From positions 62,001 to 126,000 of IMG/VR virus record IMGVR_UViG_3300028864_000016: a stretch of 64,000 nucleotides of DNA; one strand, written 5' to 3'. Every line of letters begins with the position of its first letter. Position 1 is the first letter of the stretch. Positions 50,899-60,295 of this stretch are shown piece after piece. The position numbers and the translations under genes are program-made. The notes under the pieces are model-generated. The model did no database searches and was not told the origin of the DNA. It saw only the letters and a program-made list of their open reading frames with translations.

Positions 50899-51813
50899 AT
50901 GGGCAAAAGAGTACATATACATTATTTCACAAAGGAGAAAAACGATTTAGTAAATAAAGATAACAGAAAAAAATATGACAAATATCTAAAGAGTAATATT
51001 ATAAAGAACAAGGATGTTAAGGAAACAACTTATCTCGTTTACGAGAATTATTTCAACCAATTTTTGGTTTATCTTGCTGAGGAATGGGAAAACCTTGATT
51101 TATATTCAGAAGATTTTAGTGATAATGCTATTGATATTATGGAGGGGTTCATGTCTTTTTGTCAAGATACACTTCAAAATAATAAGAAAATAATTAATAC
51201 TAAAATATCAGCAGTATCTAGTTTCTTTTTATGGAGCGTTAAAAGAAAGGAAATTAAATTTCATCCCTTTCAAGGTCAATTAGATCGCATGAAGGGGGCG
51301 AGAGAAGAACATATTATAGGTAATTATTTTTTAAATGATGAACAAATATTAGCTATTCAAACTGGACTAATAGAAAATCCAGACAATAAATTTGATTTAT
51401 TAGATATAGTTCTATGGAACGTTATGTTGGATTCAGCTAATAGAATTGGTGCAATTGATAGATTAACACTATCTAGCTATGATGTAGACGAATGTTGTTT
51501 TAGAGATATACGTGAAAAAGAAGGCTATATTATTGACGTATCTGTAAATGAAAATACAGTGGAATTAATTCATACGTGGTTAGAATATAGAAAAGAACAT
51601 ATGGATAATTTAGAAATAGACGCTTTATTTATTAGTAGATACGGTGGAGTTTATAAAAAAATGTCTAAAGGAACTTTACAAGCAAGAATTAAAAAGATGG
51701 GTACTATTATAGGGATTGATGACTTTAGGTCTCACTGCGTCAGAAAAACCGCATCTAATAGTATGTTATCTAAGGGTATAGATCCTTCTTTAGTTAGTAA
51801 ATATTTAAACCAT
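50899..51813 (+). CDS. Tyrosine recombinase/integrase, exon 1
   Basis: DSANRIGAI (catalytic R), FRSHCVRKT (HxxR), YLNH (H); lacks the catalytic Tyr. Confidence 0.85.
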
Positions 51814-52102
51814 AAACTACAACTTGTGGCTTAATGGAGTAATCCATTTCGAATAACTCGCTTAATACGGGGAAGGCTAAATCTTTAAAGAGACATGCTA
51901 ACCTACCGTGCTAAATTATTCTATATAAATAAATTATTAGAATATAAAAGCCTAACGACTATTCCTTCGGGAAGTACCTATAAGTATAGGGAAATGGTGA
52001 GTCTCCTACTAGGAGAGTGATATAGTCTAATCTTATGGGAAATCATAAGCAGTTCATAAGAGAACGGTATAGGAATTAACGAACCTATATGAATATAAAA
52101 TG
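51814..52102 (+). mobile_element. Group I self-splicing intron (289 nt, no ORF) in the tyrosine recombinase gene
   Basis: P1: exon UUAAACCAU pairs with GUGGCUUAA with terminal U-G; P10: exon-2 AAG pairs with CUU; R aacgacta; S gatatagtcta; terminal G52102; splicing gives YLNH-KDVSTTLAFY. Confidence 0.85.
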
Positions 52103-52288
52103 AAGGATGTTTCAACCACATTAGCATTTTATCAAAAGCCTAAATCTTCAGTTGAGATAAGAGATGCTATAAAGAAACAAATTAAATTACTATCTAAAAA
52201 GAAAGAAGAAGGTATGGAAGATGAAATTGAAATACCAGTAGTAGTTGAATCACAGTCTAATTCATTTGGGAATAAAAGAAACTTCTAA
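52103..52288 (+). CDS. Tyrosine recombinase, exon 2 (carries the catalytic Tyr; spliced product 366 aa)
   Basis: KDVSTTLAFYQK matches the H-x-x-x-x-T-T-x-x-Y box II end of tyrosine recombinases. Confidence 0.85.
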   Translation, partial: KDVSTTLAFYQKPKSSVEIRDAIKKQIKLLSKKKEEGMEDEIEIPVVVESQSNSFGNKRNF

Positions 52289-52671
52289 CTCTGTTTAAAA
52301 CACGAGTTTTAGAACAACCACATAAAAAGCCAATTTTAAAAGGAAATATATCTATATATTGTGGTTTTATATATAATAACATACTGCATATAGTGTATAA
52401 AACCAATCTCATAGTCAGTCTATCCAAAAATTCTGATAAAAAATATTGGGTGAATGTTTTGCCTAATTAAATAACTATGAGATTAATCTATAACTAAAAA
52501 TAAATATAAAGGTAAATTATTATGGAACTAAATTTAACAATACCATGCATAATATTAATTTAATTCTATAATTAATATTATTTACATAAACCAAAAATTT
52601 TATACAATACTACAGAAAAATAAAATAAAATAGGAGGAGATTTTATTCATTAACTAGGAGGTGTCATAATT

Positions 52672-52986
52672 ATGGATAGTACAGACCTAATTAAAATATT
52701 ATTAAATCAAGTAAAAGAAAGAGATGATTTAATAAAAATCCTTTCAGACAATATAACAAAGTTATCTGATGCTTATATAGTAAAAGATAAAGAGAAGGAA
52801 AAAAGATATAACAACACATTAAGAATATCAATTATATCTTGTTTAATAGCAATGACTGTAATAATAAGTATTTTTGTATGTTCGTATTTTTGGAGTGATT
52901 ATCCAATAAGCACGATAAATGGTAATGGAAATTCTACTATATCAGGAAATAATAATACAAATAATCAGAATGGAGGTGCAAATTAA
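52672..52986 (+). CDS. Small membrane protein (coiled coil, TM helix, Asn/Gly-rich tail)
   Basis: GGAGGTG RBS; hydrophobic ISIISCLIAMTVIISIFVCSYFW; promoter TTTACA-16-TACAAT at 52581-52608. Confidence 0.65.
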   Translation: MDSTDLIKILLNQVKERDDLIKILSDNITKLSDAYIVKDKEKEKRYNNTLRISIISCLIAMTVIISIFVCSYFWSDYPISTINGNGNSTISGNNNTNNQNGGAN

Positions 52987-53063
52987 TGAGTTGGTGGAGT
53001 GATTTATGGTCAAAAGCAAAAAAACCTAAGAAGCCTAAAGAAGATGATGATAATAATAACTAG
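52986..53063 (+). CDS. 25-aa micropeptide MSWWSDLWSKAKKPKKPKEDDDNNN
   Basis: TAATG stop/start overlap with the upstream gene and GGAGGTG RBS; its own stop TAG overlaps the next RBS. Confidence 0.6.
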   Translation: MSWWSDLWSKAKKPKKPKEDDDNNN

Positions 53064-53077
53064 GAGGTGTATTAATT

Positions 53078-53383
53078 ATGAGTGAAAACGAAAGAATGGC
53101 AATTATTGAGACAACATTAGATACAATTAAAGGTGATATACATTTATTATATAAAAAAACCGATGAAATAAATTCATTAAATACTGCTATAGCACTTCTT
53201 ACTGCAAGTGTAAATGAATTAAAAATAACAGTTAATGCTTTAAATGGGAAACTGGATCTTGCTACAAATGAGCCAATAAAAGAAAAAGCAAAGAATTGGA
53301 ATAATATAATTAATACAGGAATAAGTACAGTTGTCGGTGGACTAATTGCATATATATTAATGAAACTAGGATTAAGCAAATAA
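53078..53383 (+). CDS. XhlA/haemolysin-like or holin-like small protein (coiled coil plus C-terminal TM)
   Basis: ERMAIIETTLDTIKGDI coiled coil; C-terminal ISTVVGGLIAYILMKLGL. Confidence 0.55.
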   Translation: MSENERMAIIETTLDTIKGDIHLLYKKTDEINSLNTAIALLTASVNELKITVNALNGKLDLATNEPIKEKAKNWNNIINTGISTVVGGLIAYILMKLGLSK

Positions 53384-53385
53384 AA

Positions 53386-53462
53386 AGAAGTCAACTTTTA
53401 CAAGCTAACTTCTAACAAAATACCATCAAGAGAAATACCAATTACAAATTAAAATTTCTCTT
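53386..53462 (-). ncRNA. Candidate convergent sRNA
   Basis: - strand TTGACA (53496-53491)-16-TATAAT (53474-53469); hairpin aagagaaa/tttctctt, then a terminator shared with the end of 53078..53383. Confidence 0.45.
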
Positions 53463-53502
53463 AATAATATTATACAACATTCACCATAAATGTCAATGGA
53501 TT

Positions 53503-53561
53503 AAATGAGGTACTATACAATAATTTCTAATTAATTTTAGAATTTGTATAGTACCTCATTT
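53503..53561. repeat. Long inverted repeat (perfect 18-bp arms) at the + / - strand convergence
   Basis: aaatgaggtactatacaa...ttgtatagtacctcattt with inner ttctaa/ttagaa pairing. Confidence 0.8.
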
Positions 53562-53656
53562 TTTCTGATTTTCTGAAAAGCAAATGGTTAATCACTAATA
53601 TTAAAACTTTCTACCTTATTAATATCTACAAATATATGGATATTATACATGGTTAT

Positions 53657-53902
53657 TTAAATTTTGAATAATATCCATTTACAGTCTTCAATCATGTACT
53701 TTATTTCGCAAATCTTTTGTAATCCATCAATATTAACGTTACAAGTAAATACCCAAGACCTGTTTCCGCACAACCTTATTACCTTTACTATATTTATAAC
53801 CTTAAATCCATTATCTTCTTCAATTTTAAATCTAATAGGTTTAATCTTTCCAATCTTGTCAAAGTGGCAAATAACCTCAATATTTTGGGATAATACCTTC
53901 AC
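53657..53902 (-). CDS. Small clostridial SOS-associated protein
   Basis: GTG start with AAGGAAG RBS; VKVLSQNIEVICHFDKIGKIKPIRFKI...CEIKYMIEDCKWILFKI; LexA-type box upstream. Confidence 0.55.
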   Translation of the reverse strand: MKVLSQNIEVICHFDKIGKIKPIRFKIEEDNGFKVINIVKVIRLCGNRSWVFTCNVNIDGLQKICEIKYMIEDCKWILFKI

Positions 53903-53942
53903 AAAATGCACTTCCTTTTATATTATATATTAATATTATACA

Positions 53943-53954
53943 GAACATTTGTTT
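53943..53954. promoter_or_regulatory. LexA/DinR-type SOS box
   Basis: GAAC-ATTT-GTTT fits the Firmicute GAAC-N4-GTTY consensus; lies between the -35 and TATAAT of the - strand promoter. Confidence 0.6.
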
Positions 53955-53990
53955 GTTTGGGAAGTGCAAATTAGTGTTAAATTTATCCTT

Positions 53991-54689
53991 TTATAAAGAC
54001 TTTAATCTCTCATAATCATTTTCTATTCCACAGAAAATTAATTCTTTAGAATAAGGTAATGTTGTACACCACTTACAGAATACTTCTTGCCATTCATATT
54101 TTAATCTATGATGTTTTCTTTGTTGTATAATATTACTTATAGTAGCATAATTTGTATTAACAGTTCTTTTATTCTGATAAGATTCTGGTAGTATTCTTTT
54201 AGCTGAAGATAATACTTCGTCTTTTTGTCCTTGAGTATCACATTCTTCAAAAAATATATCTCTTAAAATATTTAAATCTTCTATTATATTTGACAAATGT
54301 CCATTTTCAAATGCATCAGCAGAATGACATTCAAACATATCTAATGTAATCTCAGTATTTTTATCAAATAGCTTATGCATTGTTGAAGTTGAATTTGCAG
54401 ATGTTCCTATTTTATAAGTATCAAATTCTGACCACCAATACCTAGGTGCTGTTATATCACACCAAACTTGTATTTGTCTAAAGAATTTGCAATGTTCTGT
54501 ACCAGCTTTAATTAATGTTTGTGCTAGTTTTAAATCTTTGTCACCCATAATAAATTCCTCTATATTAATGTTTGGGCTATTTAATAGTAACCCTTTGTAA
54601 CTATCACTTAAATTCCAACTATTTTTTGGATTTCTCATTCCTCTAAAACTTGCTTTAAATCCATAAACCTCTGTATTTTCTATTTTCAT
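53991..54689 (-). CDS. ThyX-like (FAD-dependent thymidylate synthase-like) phage protein
   Basis: LIKAGTEHCKFFRQIQVWCDITAPRYWWSEFDTYK...STSTMH...AKRILPESY...NYATISNIIQQRKHH parallels ThyX architecture. Confidence 0.55.
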   Translation of the reverse strand: MKIENTEVYGFKASFRGMRNPKNSWNLSDSYKGLLLNSPNINIEEFIMGDKDLKLAQTLIKAGTEHCKFFRQIQVWCDITAPRYWWSEFDTYKIGTSANSTSTMHKLFDKNTEITLDMFECHSADAFENGHLSNIIEDLNILRDIFFEECDTQGQKDEVLSSAKRILPESYQNKRTVNTNYATISNIIQQRKHHRLKYEWQEVFCKWCTTLPYSKELIFCGIENDYERLKSL

Positions 54690-54725
54690 ATCATATCATT
54701 CTCCTTATCTATATTAATTTATTTA

Positions 54726-55064
54726 TTATACAATTTTAAAATATTTATCAGCTATTGCATAAGCATTCGTCAATTCATATTCACTATATTCATCATTTAA
54801 TTCTGATGATTCTCTTTCAAATAAGGTTTTATCATAACTTCCAACTTCTAATTCATTATGTAATACTTCAATGTCATTTCTTAACTGGTCATTTTCTTTC
54901 ATTAATTCTAATTTATCGGCTTTCAACATTTCATTTTCTAGTTTGAGCCTATTCAATTCTGCTAATATCTCCATAAAGGTTGATTGTTGAAACCCTATTT
55001 TACACTCTTCTATTTCTTCTACTTTACATTCACACATATTACTCATTTTAATTCGCTCCCTCAT
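54726..55064 (-). CDS. Coiled-coil hypothetical protein
   Basis: Heptad pattern LAELNRLKLENEMLKADKLELMKENDQLRNDIEVL. Confidence 0.5.
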   Translation of the reverse strand: MRERIKMSNMCECKVEEIEECKIGFQQSTFMEILAELNRLKLENEMLKADKLELMKENDQLRNDIEVLHNELEVGSYDKTLFERESSELNDEYSEYELTNAYAIADKYFKIV

Positions 55065-55103
55065 AATTTATTTATATTAATTTATTTGCATTGAAGATTT
55101 ATA

Positions 55104-55886
55104 CTAAACATTAGTATATTTATCGTCACTTCCTTTTATTAAATTACATAAATTATCATTATTCATGTATAGTTTATAATCTTCATTAAGCCATTTATGT
55201 ATTTTATTTAATCTTACTTCATTATAGAAATCTTGTCTTATATACCAATCTTCTAATTTATCCGTACACTTACTACTATTACAAGTTTTACAACTAGGTA
55301 CACAATTGGATAAATTGTTAGCTCCATTATGGTCTACGTGTTCCCTATGAAAATCAGTATGTTTTAATTTCCCTGCAAATGTATTAAAATGTTCTTCAAT
55401 TGGCAACCCACAATAGGCACAACAATTATTGAAATATTCCTTACAAGACAACCATTCTTCTTTTGTAATTGTATGTTGTTTATTCATTTCTCGATATTCT
55501 CTATATTCTTTCAACTTGTCAGGATTATTTCTTTGCCAGTTCTTTAAGTTGCCTTTTGCGCGACTTCTTCTTGACACTTCTCTAAAATATTCTCTTTTAT
55601 CAGGGGTATATTTTCTTTTATGTTCATTTCTTTTGTATTCTAAGTAATGTTCTCTATTATCAATTTGTTGATATTTACTACTATTTCTTACATTACATTT
55701 TTTACAATAAGGGAATAAACCATCTGAACTTCCTTTGTTCTTATAAAAATGTTCAGTATCATACAATATCCATTCATCTTCATCTGGAAAATATTCATTA
55801 TGCTTACTACAATATTTATAAATAACTCCATCTATTTCTTTATGATTCTGTTCATAATATATACGGTTTTTCTCTTCTTGATTCAT
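55104..55886 (-). CDS. HNH endonuclease
   Basis: CCAYCG...HREHVDHNGANNLSNCVPSCKTCNSSK. Confidence 0.85.
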   Translation of the reverse strand: MNQEEKNRIYYEQNHKEIDGVIYKYCSKHNEYFPDEDEWILYDTEHFYKNKGSSDGLFPYCKKCNVRNSSKYQQIDNREHYLEYKRNEHKRKYTPDKREYFREVSRRSRAKGNLKNWQRNNPDKLKEYREYREMNKQHTITKEEWLSCKEYFNNCCAYCGLPIEEHFNTFAGKLKHTDFHREHVDHNGANNLSNCVPSCKTCNSSKCTDKLEDWYIRQDFYNEVRLNKIHKWLNEDYKLYMNNDNLCNLIKGSDDKYTNV

Positions 55887-55935
55887 TTAATCACTCACTT
55901 TCTTTTATTATAAAAATTCCAATAATATTTAACTT

Positions 55936-56112
55936 TTATATTCTTTTAATTTGTTGATTATCTAATTTTGTTTCTAGTTCGTTTACCTTATTAATCAATT
56001 CATTGATTTTTTCAGTTTGTGCATTGCATACCTTGCAAGCAAGTATAATTGCTTCAGATTTATTAAACATACCTACAGAACCTATAATTTTTGTTTTTAA
56101 TTTTCCAATCAT
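55936..56112 (-). CDS. 58-aa hypothetical protein
   Basis: Translated by hand (MIGKLKTKIIGSVGMFNKSEAIILACKVCNAQTEKINELINKVNELETKLDNQQIKRI); AAGGAG RBS. Confidence 0.55.
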   Translation of the reverse strand: MIGKLKTKIIGSVGMFNKSEAIILACKVCNAQTEKINELINKVNELETKLDNQQIKRI

Positions 56113-56124
56113 ATCTAATGCTCC

Positions 56125-58212
56125 TTAATTACCTTTTATTATTTGTAAGAATTCATTTTCATTTATAATTGTTATATTACTTTTACCACTTGCATTGTCA
56201 TCCATTGCTTTTTTATCTTTGCCACTCTTAGACATATCATGTCCACAAATAAGGTAGTCTAGTTTGACTTTGTATCCTGTTTCTACTATAGCTCCTAAAC
56301 TTTCAAGTAATTCTTTTAATTCTTGTTTTTTTATATTAAAGCTACCAGTCGGATACACTTTTTTGCCTTGGAAGGGCGTTTGTTGAGTTATTATTACTTC
56401 TTTAGGTTTATCTTCAATAAATGTTAATTCTATTTGTGTTAGATATCCTAATACTTCTATATTGCTTGAATCATGAAACCAGTTATAAATACTATTTGCA
56501 ACGACTTCTCCACAGTCATCCATTTTTATTAAGTCTTTAATTTTCAATTGTAATATATTATTTATTGTATCTAATGGAGTTTCACCTTTTACAAATTCAA
56601 CTAAAGTTTGTGCAGTTTTAATTCCTACATTCGCTATACCTAATGCAAATATAAAGCTAGGTAATTTACATTTTTTAGATTCTTCTATAGCTTTGATTAG
56701 TTTATTATATGAAGGTAATTGAAATCCTTCTTGTTTAAGTATTAGTTCTTTATTATTATCTTTCTTTAGAATATAAATATCTGCTATTGATTTTAATATA
56801 CCTAATTCAATAAATTTTTCAATTGTCTTTTCTGATAAACCTACTATATTCATGGCTTGTCTAGAACAATAGTGGTCAATAGATTTTGATAGTTGTGATT
56901 TACAACTCATAGTATTTGTACAATATACATATCGAGTTTTATTATCTTGTCTTATTTCTGTATCAGCACCACAAGAAGGACATTTGCTAGGTGGTATAAT
57001 ATCTTCAACATCTAAATTATTTAAACTTTCTTCAACTACTCCCATAACTTCTGGAATTACATCATTACTTCTTCTTATGAAAATTTCAGAATTAATCTTA
57101 ACTACTTTTCTTTCAATATCATCTAAATTATTTAAAGTAGCACGTTTTACTGTTGTTCCTCCTAATTCTACTGGTTCTAATAATCCTGTTGGTACAGTCT
57201 TTCCTTGTCTACTAGTATTCCATTCAACTCCTATTAGCTTGGTTGTAGTTTCTTCTGCTTCATATTTATAAGCCAACGAAAACTTAGGAAATTTAATTGT
57301 GTAACCCATAGCTTGTTGTGTCATTAAATCATTTATAGTTATTACCGACCCATCAATGTCATAAGCTAGATATGGTCTTTCTTTCTCTATATTATTGATA
57401 GCTTGAATAACTTCTTCATATGTATTACAAATATCATAGTCTGCAACGGGAAGCCCTCTAAATTTTATATAATCTAATTGTTCTTGATAAGTTTTAAAAC
57501 AACCGAATCCAATTTCATCATTAATTTCATTTATATTATAAAAATATATGATTGGTTTTCTTTTGGCAGTTTCCGATACGTCTAAATTTCTTAATGCTCC
57601 AGCTATACCATTTCTTAAATTTTTAAGTGGAGTTTGTGCAGTTTTGTTATATTCTTCAAATGATTTTTTAGTCATTAATTCTTCACCATGAAATGATATA
57701 TCTTCTATTCTATTATCATTATGATTTAATTCTAATGGTAAATTTATAGTAGTTTTAACTTGTTTTGTAAAGTCGTCTCCAATTATACCTGTTCCCCTGC
57801 TAGATGCTTGTTCATAACTATCTTTTACATATTTTGTTTTAACAGTTAAACCATCAAATTTCTTGAGTACAAGATATTTTGGTTGTGGTAATTTTATATT
57901 ATGTGTTTTGTTATACTCCTTAACAAAGTTTTCACAAATAATCAACCATTGTCTTACTTCTTCTAAGGACTGTCTTTTATCCAATGACCATAGTTTATTT
58001 TTATGTTGTACTTTTTCAAACCCTTTTAAAGTTTCACTACCAATTTTTTGTGAAGGACTATTTGGTAATATAACTCCTGTTTCTTTTTCTAGTTTTAATA
58101 ATTTAGAATATTCTTCATCCCATAGTTTATCACTTACAGGTGCATTTCCTAATGTATAATACTCATAATTCCATCTATTTAGCTTATTTACTAATTCTTT
58201 TATATCTTCCAT
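56125..58212 (-). CDS. ligA: NAD-dependent DNA ligase
   Basis: KFDG adenylation motif, LAYK, ATLNN, RRSNDVIPEV, C-x2-C zinc finger, HhH repeats, C-terminal BRCT. Confidence 0.95.
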   Translation of the reverse strand: MEDIKELVNKLNRWNYEYYTLGNAPVSDKLWDEEYSKLLKLEKETGVILPNSPSQKIGSETLKGFEKVQHKNKLWSLDKRQSLEEVRQWLIICENFVKEYNKTHNIKLPQPKYLVLKKFDGLTVKTKYVKDSYEQASSRGTGIIGDDFTKQVKTTINLPLELNHNDNRIEDISFHGEELMTKKSFEEYNKTAQTPLKNLRNGIAGALRNLDVSETAKRKPIIYFYNINEINDEIGFGCFKTYQEQLDYIKFRGLPVADYDICNTYEEVIQAINNIEKERPYLAYDIDGSVITINDLMTQQAMGYTIKFPKFSLAYKYEAEETTTKLIGVEWNTSRQGKTVPTGLLEPVELGGTTVKRATLNNLDDIERKVVKINSEIFIRRSNDVIPEVMGVVEESLNNLDVEDIIPPSKCPSCGADTEIRQDNKTRYVYCTNTMSCKSQLSKSIDHYCSRQAMNIVGLSEKTIEKFIELGILKSIADIYILKKDNNKELILKQEGFQLPSYNKLIKAIEESKKCKLPSFIFALGIANVGIKTAQTLVEFVKGETPLDTINNILQLKIKDLIKMDDCGEVVANSIYNWFHDSSNIEVLGYLTQIELTFIEDKPKEVIITQQTPFQGKKVYPTGSFNIKKQELKELLESLGAIVETGYKVKLDYLICGHDMSKSGKDKKAMDDNASGKSNITIINENEFLQIIKGN

Positions 58213-58244
58213 TTCATATCTCCTTTATTTATATTAATTTGTTA

Positions 58245-58397
58245 TTAAATAGCTTCTTTTAATTCACATTTACTATTTTCTTGCCTATTATAAGCTTTGG
58301 TCATTTCAGCATACTCTATTGAATAACTCCAATCATTATAATCTCCTTCTTTTTCACAACCTAATTCACCAGTATTATTGAATTCATTCTTTAACAT
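58245..58397 (-). CDS. 50-aa hypothetical protein
   Basis: Translated by hand (MLKNEFNNTGELGCEKEGDYNDWSYSIEYAEMTKAYNRQENSKCELKEAI); AAGGAGTG RBS. Confidence 0.4.
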   Translation of the reverse strand: MLKNEFNNTGELGCEKEGDYNDWSYSIEYAEMTKAYNRQENSKCELKEAI

Positions 58398-58534
58398 AAC
58401 ATTCACTCCTTATTTAATTTATTAATATTTATGTAATTTACTCTGGGAAGTTTGTCCTATTTACCTTAACTCTTCCTTTAAATTAATAATACTACTTTAT
58501 GGATAAACTGTCAATGCCTATTTCTATTAATTTA

Positions 58535-60130
58535 TTAATTTAATTGTAAGGAAATATATTGACCTGTATTGGTGGCAACTAACTCATCATATTCAAAAGG
58601 TTTAAATCCAAATTCTTTTACTAAATCTTTTTCTTTGTCAGACATATTATTATATCTTTTAGCCATAAAATCATCGGGCAACCAATTTTTACCCTTTCCA
58701 GCTAAGATATTAAATTGCTTTAATAAATTTTCATCTTTATACTTTATATGTATTGTCCCTTTTTGATAAACATCGAGATAAAAGAATTCCCCATCTATAT
58801 TCTTTTCACAAGATTGTATCTTTTTTCTTATCACATCAGTATCTAATATAAATTTCTTCCCTGTTAAATTATTAAATATTATAGTTAAATCTTTTAATAC
58901 ATCTGGAACGCATTGATATGAATATTCTAAATAACAAGGTATTATATTTTTACCTTTTATCATATAAGCATTGTTTGTCTTCCAGCCACTATACATATGT
59001 ATATTTTTATTCCATGAGGCATAGGAATAACTATATTTACTAGTTAATTTATCAAATACTTCTGCAACAGTCTGCTCATAAGATTTTGGAATAGAACTCA
59101 TAATGTTTTCATAAAAATATCTACAATTTTCTATCGTAAAAGGTATGTCTGCTTGTCGCTCCATATTATACGAAAAATCATTTTTTAACTTAGATGGAAG
59201 TTTTGACTTAAAATCTGTTTCGTTTATAAATTTCTCCCAGTATTCTAGTGTCAATTGTGATATATAATCATTAATTTTAATATGTGTTTTTGGTAATGTC
59301 TCGCTACACATTATTCCTATTTCTTGCTTTATACTTAAACCTTGAAATAAATATTTAATACGTTCTCTTTCTTCATATATTTTTATTATTGAATTCTTAC
59401 AAATATTAAACTCTAATAAAAGTTGTTGCAATTTATTCATTTTAGGAATAACAGACTTAAAACTATAATCTGAGTCAATATTTACATTTTCTCTTTTGAA
59501 TTCTTGTTCAAACATTGTTTCAGTATTTTTCATTGGTATTTTTAAATATATTAATGCAATTTCAACATCGGTTTTTCTTTCTGCATAAATAAACGCTTCT
59601 TGTATATATTCTATATCTGCATTATATTCTCTTAATTTATTTGACAACTCTATTCTTTCTTTAGAATAAGGATTTTTAATCGTTTCTGCATTTATTATAC
59701 AAAGTATCTTACCACCTATTCTTTCTTGAATACATATTGATTTTAATAAATGTTTTGCTCCATTACTAAAAGGAACGTTTTGAATTATTAAGTCATAAAA
59801 TCTTGGTGGATCAAAAGTTAAATAGTCATTCCATATAATATTATAATTTTGTCCTCTTAACAAACTATTTAATGTTTTGTCATATTCTATAACATCAAAT
59901 TTTATATATTTATCTGTATTTGTTTCTATATTGCTATATTTTGTGTTATATTTGTTTCTATCTTTTAAATAGTATTCTTTATAGGCATTAACAATATCCC
60001 CCTTTCCACACTCTGGTTCTAATATGTATTTACATTTATTAAGTCCATAGTTATCAGATTGTAACTTATCTAGCATTTTGAAAACAAGTTCTTTTGGAGT
60101 CGGATAAAAATCTTGAGTATCATTAAACAT
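58535..60130 (-). CDS. Class I SAM-dependent methyltransferase with DUF4942-like C-terminal domain
   Basis: DFYPTP, ILEPECGKGDI (motif I), YDLIIQNVPF (motif IV variant); C-terminal YQKGTIHIKYKDENLLKQFNILAGKGKNWLP. Confidence 0.7.
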   Translation of the reverse strand: MFNDTQDFYPTPKELVFKMLDKLQSDNYGLNKCKYILEPECGKGDIVNAYKEYYLKDRNKYNTKYSNIETNTDKYIKFDVIEYDKTLNSLLRGQNYNIIWNDYLTFDPPRFYDLIIQNVPFSNGAKHLLKSICIQERIGGKILCIINAETIKNPYSKERIELSNKLREYNADIEYIQEAFIYAERKTDVEIALIYLKIPMKNTETMFEQEFKRENVNIDSDYSFKSVIPKMNKLQQLLLEFNICKNSIIKIYEERERIKYLFQGLSIKQEIGIMCSETLPKTHIKINDYISQLTLEYWEKFINETDFKSKLPSKLKNDFSYNMERQADIPFTIENCRYFYENIMSSIPKSYEQTVAEVFDKLTSKYSYSYASWNKNIHMYSGWKTNNAYMIKGKNIIPCYLEYSYQCVPDVLKDLTIIFNNLTGKKFILDTDVIRKKIQSCEKNIDGEFFYLDVYQKGTIHIKYKDENLLKQFNILAGKGKNWLPDDFMAKRYNNMSDKEKDLVKEFGFKPFEYDELVATNTGQYISLQLN

Positions 60131-60295
60131 CTTTTAACAATCCTTTCATATTTATTTATATAATTTGTTATTTAACTTTCTATATCATCTTACCACTAGT
60201 TCCAAATTAATGCAATAGATATATGGAACTATTTTAATTTATTCCCATATAAAAAGAAGCAGTTTTTGTTACTGCTTCTAAAGATAAATATGTAT

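Noticed and set aside
50899-52288. Truncated integrase plus an independent 62-aa ORF
   Set aside because: The ATG at 52100 contains the intron terminal G, has no RBS, and the peptide supplies the missing catalytic Tyr box.
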